Shown here: positions 29,976-39,885 of the stretch, in pieces
How the letters are laid out: each line of letters opens with the position of its first letter
Numbering within the stretch: position 1 is the first letter of the stretch
DNA from: Armatimonadota bacterium
GTDB taxonomy: Bacteria > Armatimonadota > UBA5829 > DSUL01
NCBI GenBank assembly: GCA_039811685.1
Contig: JBDHZC010000004.1
Location: 128,001-192,000, forward strand
Length of the DNA stretch: 64,000 nucleotides
Direction: 5' to 3'
Notes under the pieces: model-generated
The model's database searches: none
Told to the model about the DNA's origin: nothing
Seen by the model: the letters and a program-made list of their open reading frames with translations, nothing else
Made by a program: the position numbers and the translations under genes

Positions 29976-31265
29976 ATGATTAAGCGCTATGGCCGCCCGG
30001 AAATGCTGCATATCTGGAGCGAAGAGTACAAGTTTCAGAAGTGGCTTGACGTTGAGCTGGCTATTTGCGAGGGCTGGGCGAAGCTCGGCGTGGTGCCTGA
30101 AGACGCCGTTCTACGTCTGAAGCAGAACGCGCGCTTTTCTGTTGAGCGCATCGAAGAGATCGAGCAGACCACTCAGCACGATCTGATGGCTTTTGTGGGC
30201 AATGTCGCAGAGCACGTTGGGGACGATGCCCGGTGGGTCCACTTTGGCGTTACCAGCTACGACGTCGAAGACAACGCTCTTTCTCTGCGAATGCGTGAGG
30301 CCTGTGACATCATCCTCAGCGACATCCGCACTCTGATCGAAACGCTGCGAAGCCGCGCCCGTGAGCACCGTCACACGCTTCAGATCGGGCGCACACACGG
30401 CGTCCATGCGGAGCCCATCACGTTTGGATTCAAGCTTGCTGTGTGGCTTGCGGAGATGCAGCGCAATCAGGAGCGCTTTGAACAGGCGCGCGCGAATATC
30501 AACTACGGCAAAGTCTCAGGGGCTGTCGGAACATACGCCAACGTAGATCCCCGCGTCGAGCAGTACGTCTGCTCCTGTCTTGGCCTGACGCCGAGTCCGG
30601 TTTCCACGCAGATACTTCAGCGCGACCGGCACGCCCAGGTTCTAGCCGCGTGCGCAATTTGCGCGAGCTCGCTGGAGCAGTTTGCCACAGAGATTCGGAA
30701 CCTCCAGCGCACAGAGCTGTTAGAAGTACAGGAGGCGTTCAAAAGCGGACAGAGGGGCTCCTCCGCCATGCCGCACAAACGCAATCCCAGATTGTCTGAG
30801 CAGGTAACAGGTCTGGCGCGCGTCATTCGCAGCGCTGTCATCCCTGCGCTGGAGAACGTGGCGACGTGGCATGAGCGGGATCTGTCCAACTCAAGCGTGG
30901 AGCGCATCATCATTCCAGATGCGTTTATCGCGCTTGACTACATTCTGCACACGTTCAATAACGTCATACAGGGACTCGTCGTATATCCGGAAAACATGCG
31001 CTCCAATCTGGACAAAATGCGCGGGCTGGTGATGTCTGAACATGTCATGCTCGCTCTGGTGAAAAGCGGATTGCTGCGCGATGAAGCGTACAAGCTGGTG
31101 CAGCGCAACGCGGCGAAGGCATGGGAGGGCACAGACTTTCGCAGTGCTCTTGAGCAGGATCAGGAAGTGATGTCTCGCCTCACAAAAGAAGACCTTGAAC
31201 ACTGCTTCGACTACCATCTGCATCTCAAGAAGCTTGATGCGATATTCGAGCGAATGGGAATTTGA
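29976..31265 (+). CDS. purB: Adenylosuccinate lyase
   Basis: GRTHGVHAEP, GSSAMPHKRNP, ERDLSNSSVER. Confidence 0.97.
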   Translation: MIKRYGRPEMLHIWSEEYKFQKWLDVELAICEGWAKLGVVPEDAVLRLKQNARFSVERIEEIEQTTQHDLMAFVGNVAEHVGDDARWVHFGVTSYDVEDNALSLRMREACDIILSDIRTLIETLRSRAREHRHTLQIGRTHGVHAEPITFGFKLAVWLAEMQRNQERFEQARANINYGKVSGAVGTYANVDPRVEQYVCSCLGLTPSPVSTQILQRDRHAQVLAACAICASSLEQFATEIRNLQRTELLEVQEAFKSGQRGSSAMPHKRNPRLSEQVTGLARVIRSAVIPALENVATWHERDLSNSSVERIIIPDAFIALDYILHTFNNVIQGLVVYPENMRSNLDKMRGLVMSEHVMLALVKSGLLRDEAYKLVQRNAAKAWEGTDFRSALEQDQEVMSRLTKEDLEHCFDYHLHLKKLDAIFERMGI

Positions 31266-31385
31266 GGCATCCAGCCTGACTCCTCTGAGAACTGCTTGGA
31301 GCCAGTCTGTCGTCGCAATGAGGCGAGCGAAAACGCGGCGGCGATATATCCGTCCGCGGCCTGAAACCGACACAGGAGAATCACC

Positions 31386-31628
31386 TTGCCGAAAAAAGCG
31401 AAAATCTACGTCACTCTGAAGCCGACACTGCTCGATGCGCAGGGCAGGGTCGTTCAGCAGGCGCTCAACAACATTGGGTTTGCTGGTGTTGGTGATGTGC
31501 GCATTGGCAAGTACATAGAGATGGATATTGACAGCGGCGCCACAGAAGGGGATGTGCGCGATATGTGCACGCGACTGCTGGCAAATCCCGTCATTGAAGA
31601 CTTCAAGTTCGATCTGGAAGAGGTGTAG
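31386..31628 (+). CDS. purS: FGAM synthase subunit PurS
   Basis: LKP.LLDAQG, VRIGK, LLANPVIE. Confidence 0.95.
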   Translation: MPKKAKIYVTLKPTLLDAQGRVVQQALNNIGFAGVGDVRIGKYIEMDIDSGATEGDVRDMCTRLLANPVIEDFKFDLEEV

Positions 31629-31634
31629 TCTGTC

Positions 31635-32324
31635 TTGAAGTTTGGCGTAATCCAGTTTCCCGGGTCCAACTGTGACCAGGACGCCTATTACGCAGCGCTG
31701 AATGTTCTGCGTGAGCCCGTTGAGTACATCTGGCATGAGTCCAGCGATCTGCAAGGCGCAGAGTGCATCATTGTGCCTGGTGGATTCTCCTACGGGGACT
31801 ATTTGCGCTGTGGCGCAGTCGCCGCTCTCTCTCCGGTTATGGCAGCCGTCAAGAAGCACGCTGAAGGCGGTGGAACGGTGCTGGGAATCTGCAATGGCTT
31901 TCAGGTGCTGTGCGAAGCGGGTCTGTTGCCCGGAGCTCTGACGCCCAACCGGAACCAGCGCTTCGTCTGTAAGCCCACGTATCTTCGCATCGAGAACGCT
32001 GCCACGCGCTTTACCAATGCCGGTGAGAAGGGGCAGGTTCTAACAGTGCCGATTGCGCATGGTGAAGGCAACTACTACTGCGATGACAAGACTCTGAAAA
32101 GTCTGCGTGACAACGCTCAGATTATCCTGCGCTATACGTCTCCAACAGGAGAGTTGGACGATGCCTTCAATCCCAACGGATCAATTGACAGTATTGCGGG
32201 CATCACTAATGTTCAGGGCAATGTCGCTGGAATGATGCCGCATCCGGAGCGCGCGTGCGAGCCAGTACTCGGCTCAAGTGACGGCCTGGTGCTGCTGAAG
32301 TCTCTTCTCAAGCAGCCGTCGTAA
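31635..32324 (+). CDS. purQ: FGAM synthase glutaminase subunit PurQ
   Basis: FPGSNCD, GGFSYGDYLR, GICNGFQ, MMPHPER. Confidence 0.97.
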   Translation: MKFGVIQFPGSNCDQDAYYAALNVLREPVEYIWHESSDLQGAECIIVPGGFSYGDYLRCGAVAALSPVMAAVKKHAEGGGTVLGICNGFQVLCEAGLLPGALTPNRNQRFVCKPTYLRIENAATRFTNAGEKGQVLTVPIAHGEGNYYCDDKTLKSLRDNAQIILRYTSPTGELDDAFNPNGSIDSIAGITNVQGNVAGMMPHPERACEPVLGSSDGLVLLKSLLKQPS

Positions 32325-32350
32325 CCTGTGACAGCAAGAATCTTTTGTGA

Positions 32351-34606
32351 ATGACAATGTCCGAAGCAACTCTAACTGAACCAGCCATAACTCCTGCTGT
32401 CTGGCGGGAGATGGGACTCAACGACCAGGAATATGAGACCATCGTGCAGACACTTGGGCGAACTCCCACCTATACAGAGCTCGGGATGTACGCTGTCATG
32501 TGGAGTGAGCACTGCGGTTACAAATACAGCCGCCCGGTGTTGCGCCTGTTTAAGCGCTATCGGGAGCAGCTTGATCAGGGAGCGCTGGAGAATGCGGGCG
32601 TGGTGAACATTGGCAATGGCTATGGCATTGCGATGAAGATGGAGAGCCACAACCATCCAAGCGCCGTCGAGCCGTTCCAGGGGGCGGCGACTGGTGTGGG
32701 GGGCATTCTCCGGGATATCTTTACTATGGGCGCGCGCCCGATAGCCTCTCTGAATTCCCTCCGCTTCGGGACTCTTGACGATTCTCACGTACGCTATCTC
32801 TTTGAGCACGTTGTCGCCGGCATCGGTTTCTATGGCAACTGTGTTGGAGTTCCCACGGTTGGCGGCGAAGTTTACTTCGACAAGTGTTACGCGGGTAACC
32901 CGCTGGTGAATGCCATGGCTGTGGGCATTGTCCGCACGGACGAAATCGCCAGCGCGGCCGGACGTGGCACTGGGAACTCAGTTATGATCGTTGGCTCGCG
33001 TACAGGGCGGGATGGGATCCACGGCGCGACATTCGCATCGGTGGAGCTTGGCCCGGATTCGGAGTCGAAGCGGCCAAACGTGCAGATGGGCGACCCATTC
33101 ATGGAGAAACTGCTCATTGAGGCTACTCTGGAGGCTCTGGCGACCGGGCACATCGTCGGAATCCAGGATATGGGGGCGGCCGGAATTACCTGCAGCACCT
33201 GCGAGATGAGCGCCAAAGCGGACGCTGGAATGGATGTTGAGATCGCGCTTGTACCGCAGCGCGAAGAGGGTATGACGCCGTATGAGATCATGCTGAGTGA
33301 GTCTCAGGAGCGTATGCTGGCGGTGGTTGAGCGCGGCCGCGAGCCCGAAGTTGAAGCCGTTTTCAAGAAATGGGGACTGAACGCGGTGGTTATCGGACAG
33401 GTTACGGATGACGGTCTCGTGCGCATTCGTCACCACGGTAGGGTCGTAGCTGATGTGCCGGCGAAGTCTCTGGCAGATGACTGCCCCACCTACCAGCTCG
33501 AAGCCGGGGAGCCAGCGTACTTTTCCGCGCTTCGCAACCGTAGTCTGGCGGATGTCCGGGTCTCGGATTACTCCAGGACACTGCTCGATCTGCTCGCCCG
33601 CCCTACCATCGCTTCCAAAGCCTGGATCTGGGAGCAGTACGACCACATGGTGCAGACCAATACGGCGGTCTTTCCGGGGTCAGACGCGGCGGTGCTGCGT
33701 ATCCGCGGGCTGAAACAGGGCATTGCACTCACCACAGACTGTAACAGCCGTTTTGTCTATCTCGACCCACTCATCGGAGCGAGTCTGGCCGTCTATGAAG
33801 CAGCGCGCAATCTGGCCTGCTCCGGTGCTCGCCCGCAGGCCGTGACTGACTGCCTGAATTTTGCGAATCCTGAAAAGCCCGAAGGGTTCTGGCAGTTTGC
33901 AGAGGCAGTCAAAGGTATCGCGCGCTCCTGCGAAGAGTTGGACACTCCCGTCATCTCCGGAAACGTCAGCTTCTACAACGAGACGCCGGAAACTGCAATC
34001 TATCCGACTCCAACAATCGGAATGCTGGGTGTTCTCGATGATGTTGACCTGCGCATCACCTCTGCCTTCAAAAACGAGGGCGACGCTGTTGTGCTGCTGC
34101 ACGTCGGATGGCCCGATGATCCGGATGCAGGGCTGGCCGGATCTGAGCTGCAGACTATGCTCAAGGACGAAATTTACGGTCCTCTGCCGACCTTTGAACC
34201 CGCCCGGCACCAGGCTCTCATAGACTTGCTCGTCAGTCTCAGCAACGCCGGTTGCCTCAAGTCCGCTCATGACGTGGCGGAAGGCGGGCTGAGCGTCTGT
34301 CTGGCGGAGTGTGCGATTCAGGGAAAGCTCGGTTTTGATGTTGAAATTGAGTCGCCGCTGGGAGTTGATGCGTCTCTGTTTGGAGAGTTGCCCGGATTTG
34401 TCGTCGTCAGCGCAGACAAAGGCGCTGTGTCTGATATACTGAAAGATGCCGGAGCCCGGGGTCTCGAGTGCGCGCAGATTGGTTGCGTGGGAGGCTCCCG
34501 ACTCTCAATCAGTGTCGCGGGACGCGCCGTCGCTGGTGTCGAATTGTCTGAGGCAGCCGACGCCTATTCTACTTCCATTTCCACTGCAATGGCTGCAGAG
34601 TCCTGA
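32351..34606 (+). CDS. purL: FGAM synthase subunit PurL
   Basis: MWSEHC, ESHNHPS, GAATGVGG, QDMGAAG, SGNVSFYN. Confidence 0.97.
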   Translation: MTMSEATLTEPAITPAVWREMGLNDQEYETIVQTLGRTPTYTELGMYAVMWSEHCGYKYSRPVLRLFKRYREQLDQGALENAGVVNIGNGYGIAMKMESHNHPSAVEPFQGAATGVGGILRDIFTMGARPIASLNSLRFGTLDDSHVRYLFEHVVAGIGFYGNCVGVPTVGGEVYFDKCYAGNPLVNAMAVGIVRTDEIASAAGRGTGNSVMIVGSRTGRDGIHGATFASVELGPDSESKRPNVQMGDPFMEKLLIEATLEALATGHIVGIQDMGAAGITCSTCEMSAKADAGMDVEIALVPQREEGMTPYEIMLSESQERMLAVVERGREPEVEAVFKKWGLNAVVIGQVTDDGLVRIRHHGRVVADVPAKSLADDCPTYQLEAGEPAYFSALRNRSLADVRVSDYSRTLLDLLARPTIASKAWIWEQYDHMVQTNTAVFPGSDAAVLRIRGLKQGIALTTDCNSRFVYLDPLIGASLAVYEAARNLACSGARPQAVTDCLNFANPEKPEGFWQFAEAVKGIARSCEELDTPVISGNVSFYNETPETAIYPTPTIGMLGVLDDVDLRITSAFKNEGDAVVLLHVGWPDDPDAGLAGSELQTMLKDEIYGPLPTFEPARHQALIDLLVSLSNAGCLKSAHDVAEGGLSVCLAECAIQGKLGFDVEIESPLGVDASLFGELPGFVVVSADKGAVSDILKDAGARGLECAQIGCVGGSRLSISVAGRAVAGVELSEAADAYSTSISTAMAAES

Positions 34607-34648
34607 TCTCGGAGGGTTGGTTGATAACCAGGAGCAGATCACATCCGG

Positions 34649-36157
34649 GTGAAAGCTGAGTGTATGCCTGAAACCGATCATCTTCATGAAGAGTGTGGAA
34701 TCTTCGCTATCTGGGCGCCCGGCGAAGATGTAGCGCGCATCACCTATTTCGGCCTTTTTGCTCTGCAGCACCGTGGACAGGAAGGCGCGGGCATTGCTGT
34801 AAGTGATGGTGAGCGCCTGCAAGTGCACAAGGATATGGGACTGGTCACCCAGGTATTCCGCGACGAGAGCACTCTGGAAGGCCTTAAGGGCCGCTGTGCA
34901 ATCGGGCATACGCGTTACTCCACAACCGGATCCAACGTTTTCTGCAACACACAGCCTCTGATCACTCCGTCCAAATGGGGGCCGCTCGCGGTATCGCACA
35001 ACGGGGGGCTGGTCAACGCTTTGCAGGTCCGTGAGGAACTCGAGGCAAGCGGCGTCGAGTTTGAGACGACAAACGACACAGAGGTGATTGGCCGGCTCAT
35101 TGCGCACAGCTCTCACGACGATCTGGAAGAAGCGATTGCGGACATGATGATGACCATCCGTGGCGCTTACTCGGTGGTTATGCTCACGGAAAAGGCACTC
35201 TATGTCTTTCGCGACAGCTACGGCGTGCGACCGCTTTGCATCGGAAGACTCAACGGGGACCATCTGGTTTTTGCCAGTGAGACCAGCGCGCTGAACGTAG
35301 TTGGCGCTCACTACGTCAGAGACGTGCAGCCTGGTGAGCTGGTGATCGTTGATGAAAACGGTGTGCGAGAGCGCCGCGTGATGCCCTCACACCGCCATGC
35401 AATCTGCGTTTTTGAGTTCATCTACTTTGCGAGACCGGACTCCAAAATGTACGACAAGAGCGTGCACGCTGTGCGGCAGCGGCTGGGCCACGAGTTGGCT
35501 CTGGAACATCCCGCGCCCGGAGCGCACATCGTCTTTCCGATTCCCGATACGGGGACGCCTGCCGCTATTGGCTTTGCCCAGGCGTCCGGTATTCCCTACG
35601 GGGAAGGTGTCATCAAAAACCGCTACATTCACCGCACGTTTATCAATCCCAACCAGCGCATGCGCGAGCTTGGTGTGCGCATGAAGCTCACGCCTTTGCG
35701 AGAGACACTCGCAGGCAAAAAAGTTGTGATGGTGGATGATACGATTGTGCGTGGTACAACGACGGCCGCTACTGTCAAAATGCTGCGTGAAGCTGGCGCT
35801 GCGGAAGTGCATGTGCGCATCACAGCGCCACCCTACCGCTATCCGTGCTTTTACGGAATTGACACAGGCAATCCGGAAGAGCTGATTGCTGCGCGAATGG
35901 ACGTTGATGAAATTCGGCAGAAAATCGGCGCTGATACGCTCGGTTATTTGAGTCTTCGCGGTCTTATTCGTGCTGTTGGCCTGCACCGCAACAACATGTG
36001 CATGGCATGTCTGGACGGCCGCTACCCCATTAAGCTGCCGGAGAAGGGGTTGGGCAAAAATGTCTTCGAGGTCGAGCCAGACGACCCGGAACCGGAGGAC
36101 AACCAGTTGCCCGGTGAAGAATACTCCCCTGTAGCCTCCGACACTGCGAAGCATTGA
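34649..36157 (+). CDS. purF: Amidophosphoribosyltransferase (Fe-S, propeptide type)
   Basis: HEECGIF, LQHRGQE, GHTRYST, PRPP loop VDDTIVRGTT, Fe-S cysteines (CVFE, PCFYG, CMAC). Start may be ATG 34664. Confidence 0.97.
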   Translation: MKAECMPETDHLHEECGIFAIWAPGEDVARITYFGLFALQHRGQEGAGIAVSDGERLQVHKDMGLVTQVFRDESTLEGLKGRCAIGHTRYSTTGSNVFCNTQPLITPSKWGPLAVSHNGGLVNALQVREELEASGVEFETTNDTEVIGRLIAHSSHDDLEEAIADMMMTIRGAYSVVMLTEKALYVFRDSYGVRPLCIGRLNGDHLVFASETSALNVVGAHYVRDVQPGELVIVDENGVRERRVMPSHRHAICVFEFIYFARPDSKMYDKSVHAVRQRLGHELALEHPAPGAHIVFPIPDTGTPAAIGFAQASGIPYGEGVIKNRYIHRTFINPNQRMRELGVRMKLTPLRETLAGKKVVMVDDTIVRGTTTAATVKMLREAGAAEVHVRITAPPYRYPCFYGIDTGNPEELIAARMDVDEIRQKIGADTLGYLSLRGLIRAVGLHRNNMCMACLDGRYPIKLPEKGLGKNVFEVEPDDPEPEDNQLPGEEYSPVASDTAKH

Positions 36158-36205
36158 AAGGACCTGGCAGAGCCCTTCGCACCTCGCTCTTATGAGAGGA
36201 GACCA

Positions 36206-37243
36206 ATGAGCCAACCGCTGACCTATCGTGATGCCGGCGTAGATATCGACGCCGGGATGACTGCTGTGGAAAAGATGAAAGAGGCCGTGCGCAAGACGTA
36301 CACGCCTCAGGTCATCTCCGCGACGGGCGCCTTTGCCGGGCTGTTTTGCGCGGACTTCTCCCATATGGAGGAGCCCGTCCTGGTTTCCAGCATCGACAGC
36401 GTTGGCACGAAGATCAGTGTTGCCGCAGCGACCGGCCGTTATACCGCCGCAGGGCGCGATCTCGTCAACCATTGCGTGAACGACATCCTGGTGGCCAGTG
36501 CCAGGCCTCTTTTCTTCTTGGACTATTTCGCTGCTGGCAAGCTGGATCCCGATGCGGCGGCGGATATGGTTCGAGGCGCAGCGGAAGCGTGCGAGGAAAA
36601 CGGATGCGCGCTCATTGGTGGAGAGACAGCAGAGTTGCCTGGCATCTATGCGCCAGGCGAATGCGATCTGGCGGGCTGCATTGTGGGGTTGACTGAGCGC
36701 TCCAGAATCCCAAACCCATCTTCAGTGACGCCGGGAGACGCCATTATCGGGCTGGCTTCGGAGGGGCTGCATACTAACGGATTCTCACTTGCCCGCGCCG
36801 CGCTTTTGACCTCCGGGGCGTTCCAGCTTGATTCCTACATTCCGGAGTTAGGACAGACGCTGGCGGATGCGCTACTTGCGCCGCACAGGAGCTACCTCCA
36901 CAGCGTGATGTCGGCGCTTGACGACAATCTCCCGATCCGGGCAATGGCGCATATCACCGGAGGGGGCCTGTACGACAACATTCCCAGAGTCCTGCCACCG
37001 GATGCGAAGGCGGATATTGACCGCCGAAGCTGGACGCCTCCGCCGATTTTCGACCTGATCCAGAAAACTGCGCAAGTACCTGACACGGACATGCACCGTA
37101 CCTTCAATATGGGGATCGGGATGGCGCTGGTTGTGCCGCGGGAGGATGGACGCCCGATTTGCCAGTACTTTGAGGAACACGGCGAGGTAGCCTGGCAGAT
37201 AGGGGAGATTGTGAAGGGCGCCTGCGAAGTCCAGATCATCTGA
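36206..37243 (+). CDS. purM: AIR synthase
   Basis: YRDAGVDI, GGETAELP, GLHTNGFSL, AHITGGG, TFNMGIG. Confidence 0.97.
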   Translation: MSQPLTYRDAGVDIDAGMTAVEKMKEAVRKTYTPQVISATGAFAGLFCADFSHMEEPVLVSSIDSVGTKISVAAATGRYTAAGRDLVNHCVNDILVASARPLFFLDYFAAGKLDPDAAADMVRGAAEACEENGCALIGGETAELPGIYAPGECDLAGCIVGLTERSRIPNPSSVTPGDAIIGLASEGLHTNGFSLARAALLTSGAFQLDSYIPELGQTLADALLAPHRSYLHSVMSALDDNLPIRAMAHITGGGLYDNIPRVLPPDAKADIDRRSWTPPPIFDLIQKTAQVPDTDMHRTFNMGIGMALVVPREDGRPICQYFEEHGEVAWQIGEIVKGACEVQII

Positions 37244-37914
37244 TGGCTATGACCGGTACCCCGATTCGTATCGCGGTTCTCGTTGGCGCTAGAGGGCGAG
37301 GGAGCAACATGCAGGCCATCGTCAAGGCCTGTCAGAGTGGTGAGATTGCGGGAGAAGTTGTGTGTGTTATTGGTCCTCGCGACGGCGCGCCAGCTCTGGA
37401 AATCGCAGCCTCTCGAGGCATATTGACACGTGTGTGCCCGTTCGACCCTGCTCAGCCAGAGACATCTGAAGACCGGCTGCGTCAGACTCTGGATGAAGTG
37501 AAGCCCGACCTTATCCTGCTTGCCGGATATATGCGGCGTCTGGGGAGGAGTCTCGTACAGCGCTACGCAGGGCGAATTATGAACATTCACCCCGGCCTCA
37601 TTCCCAGCTTCTGCGGAGAAGGGATGTATGGACATCACGTCCATCAAGCCGTCATTGACTCCGGCGTGCGCTACTCCGGGTGTACAGTTCATTTTGTCGA
37701 TGAGGGCTATGACACTGGTCCAATTATCGACCAGACCATCGTGGCTGTTCAGCAGGATGACACAGCAGAGAGCCTCGCAGAACGTATTCTCGAACAGGAA
37801 CATCTGTTGTACTCGCGTTGTGCCCAGCTTTTCGCACAGGGACGCCTCAGAATAGAAGGGCGCCGCGTACGTATTCTGCCGGAAGTAGCCTCTGAAGCGA
37901 AGGCCGCCCGGTGA
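37243..37914 (+). CDS. purN: GAR transformylase
   Basis: GRGSNMQAI, LAGYMR, NIHP, GCTVHFV.EGYDTGPII. Confidence 0.96.
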   Translation: MAMTGTPIRIAVLVGARGRGSNMQAIVKACQSGEIAGEVVCVIGPRDGAPALEIAASRGILTRVCPFDPAQPETSEDRLRQTLDEVKPDLILLAGYMRRLGRSLVQRYAGRIMNIHPGLIPSFCGEGMYGHHVHQAVIDSGVRYSGCTVHFVDEGYDTGPIIDQTIVAVQQDDTAESLAERILEQEHLLYSRCAQLFAQGRLRIEGRRVRILPEVASEAKAAR

Positions 37915-37932
37915 CAGGCTGCCGTGGTTGTC

Positions 37933-37961
37933 TTGACGTGCTTTTACTCAGCCGTTATACT
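37933..37961 (+). promoter_or_regulatory. Sigma70 promoter for the purH leader
   Basis: TTGACG-17 bp-TATACT immediately upstream of the riboswitch. Confidence 0.75.
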
Positions 37962-37980
37962 TCCGAATAGACAACGCAGA

Positions 37981-38077
37981 ACACCGGCGTGACTGGCGAT
38001 AGATCGTGGATAACCACGGGGGAGCGCCGGGTGTGAGAGTGTCAGGTTTCACCTCTGACAAGCCGCTCGCCTGGGCA
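37981..38077 (+). ncRNA. ZTP (ZMP/pfl) riboswitch
   Basis: P1 acaccggcg/cgccgggtgt; conserved GUGACUGGCG; GUGG..CCAC-GGGGAG; linker hairpin; P3 GCCGcuCGCCUGGGC; lies upstream of purH. Confidence 0.9.
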
Positions 38078-38104
38078 GCCTTTACGGCGACGCCCGGGCG
38101 TTTT
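38068..38104 (+). terminator. Riboswitch-controlled intrinsic terminator
   Basis: cgcctgggc pairs with gcccgggcg, then tttt; overlaps aptamer P3. Confidence 0.65.
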
Positions 38105-38141
38105 GCATTTGTGGCGTCGCCTCCGCAATTGGGAGACGAAC

Positions 38142-39716
38142 ATGACCACAAGTATCACCAGAGCGCTCATCAGCGTCTCTGACAAGACCGGAATTGTTGA
38201 CTTCGCACGTGAGCTCGCCAGCCTGGGAATTGAGCTTATCTCCACGGGTGGTACCGCCAGGACGCTGCGCGAAGCGGGACTCACTGTTAAGGACGTGAGC
38301 GACCTCACTGGCTTTCCAGAGATGATGGATGGCCGCGTCAAGACGCTGCATCCCAGAATTCATGGCGGAATCTTGCAGGTGCGGTCCAATCCGGAGCATC
38401 AGAAAGCTGCCTCGCAGCACGGGGTCGTCCCCATTGACCTCGTGTGCGTAAACCTCTACCCTTTCCGCGAGACCGTCAGTCGTGCTGGAGTTACGGTAGA
38501 GGAAGCCATTGAGAATATTGACATTGGCGGTCCAAGCATGGTGCGCTCTGCGGCCAAGAATTTCCGGGATGTCGTCGTGCTTGTCGAACCGGATGATTAC
38601 GCGCGGGTGCTTGAGGCAATCAAACAGGGTGGGGAAGTGCCGTTCGAGCTTCGCGCTGAGCTTGCTACGCGAGCGTTTCAGCATACGGCCGCCTACGACG
38701 CTGCGATCAGCGCGTGGATGGCTGACAATCTACCGCAACAGAAGCCTCAGGATGTTTTTCCATCGTCACTTGTGCTTTCTCTTGAACGGCACCAGTCCTT
38801 GCGCTACGGTGAGAACCCTCATCAATCCGCTGCGTTTTACCGCAATTCAGGTTTCCACGGTGTCTCTCTGACGAATGCTCAGCAGCTGGGAGGCAAAGAG
38901 CTTTCGTACAACAATATTGTAGATCTGGATGCAGCGATGGAACTGATCCTGGAGTTTGACACTCCGGCATGCGCTATCATCAAGCATACCAACCCGTGCG
39001 GCCTGGCGACGCGCTCCACCCTTGCTGAGGCTTTTTCAAAAGCTCGTGAGGGTGATCCAATCTCGGCGTTTGGAGGAATCATCGCGGTCAATCGGCCCGT
39101 AGACGTTGAAACAGCCGAAGCTATCACTGGCCCGCAGACATTTTTCGAAGCTATCCTTGCGCCAGATTTTTCAGAGGATGCGCTCCCGATTCTGAAAGAG
39201 AAAAAGAAGTGGGGGGCCAATCTCCGGCTGTTGCGCGTGGACCTCAAGGGCGCCCGGCCGCGCACCGTGCTGAAAAACGTGGCCGGAGGACTTCTCGTAC
39301 AGACTGCGGACCTTGAGACTTTAGATGAAAGCAACCTGAGCGTGCCGACAAAGCGGGGGCCGACTGAAGCGGAGTGGGAGCAGCTGCGCTTTGCCTGGAA
39401 AGCTGTCAAGCATGTAAAGTCCAACGCCATTGTGCTCGTTCGAGATCTGATGCTCATTGGCGTTGGAGCCGGACAGATGAACCGGGTAGGGTCGGTAAAG
39501 ATCGCCGCCGAGCAGGCCGGTGAGAAATCCAAAGGCTGCGTCCTTGCCTCCGACGCTTTCTTTCCCAAATCGGATGGCCCCGAAGAGGCGGCACGAGCCG
39601 GAGTCACGGCGATCATCCAACCGGGTGGATCTGTTGAGGATCCTAATGTCATCGCCGTCGCAGACGCTAACAATATGGCGATGGTTTTCACCGGCCTTCG
39701 CCACTTCAGGCATTGA
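38142..39716 (+). CDS. purH: Bifunctional AICAR transformylase/IMP cyclohydrolase
   Basis: RALISVSDK, GRVKTLHP, IDIGGPSM, LRYGENPHQ, ASDAFF, RHFRH. Confidence 0.98.
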   Translation: MTTSITRALISVSDKTGIVDFARELASLGIELISTGGTARTLREAGLTVKDVSDLTGFPEMMDGRVKTLHPRIHGGILQVRSNPEHQKAASQHGVVPIDLVCVNLYPFRETVSRAGVTVEEAIENIDIGGPSMVRSAAKNFRDVVVLVEPDDYARVLEAIKQGGEVPFELRAELATRAFQHTAAYDAAISAWMADNLPQQKPQDVFPSSLVLSLERHQSLRYGENPHQSAAFYRNSGFHGVSLTNAQQLGGKELSYNNIVDLDAAMELILEFDTPACAIIKHTNPCGLATRSTLAEAFSKAREGDPISAFGGIIAVNRPVDVETAEAITGPQTFFEAILAPDFSEDALPILKEKKKWGANLRLLRVDLKGARPRTVLKNVAGGLLVQTADLETLDESNLSVPTKRGPTEAEWEQLRFAWKAVKHVKSNAIVLVRDLMLIGVGAGQMNRVGSVKIAAEQAGEKSKGCVLASDAFFPKSDGPEEAARAGVTAIIQPGGSVEDPNVIAVADANNMAMVFTGLRHFRH

Positions 39717-39749
39717 GGCATTCTCATGCGGAAAGGCGGCCTGCGCCAG

Positions 39750-39856
39750 CCGGCGGTTGAAACCGCGTCTTTGGAAACGAAGTCTCCCTGCGGAGACTGC
39801 CGATCCCAGCCTGCGCAGGCAGGCTTTGTGCGAATAGCCGCGACTTCAGTCGCCGG
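39750..39856. repeat. REP/REPIN-like nested inverted repeat
   Basis: Two pairs of related palindromes in inverted orientation (see findings). Confidence 0.7.
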
Positions 39857-39885
39857 GGCGGAGTCGCCGTCCAGGAAGCATCACC

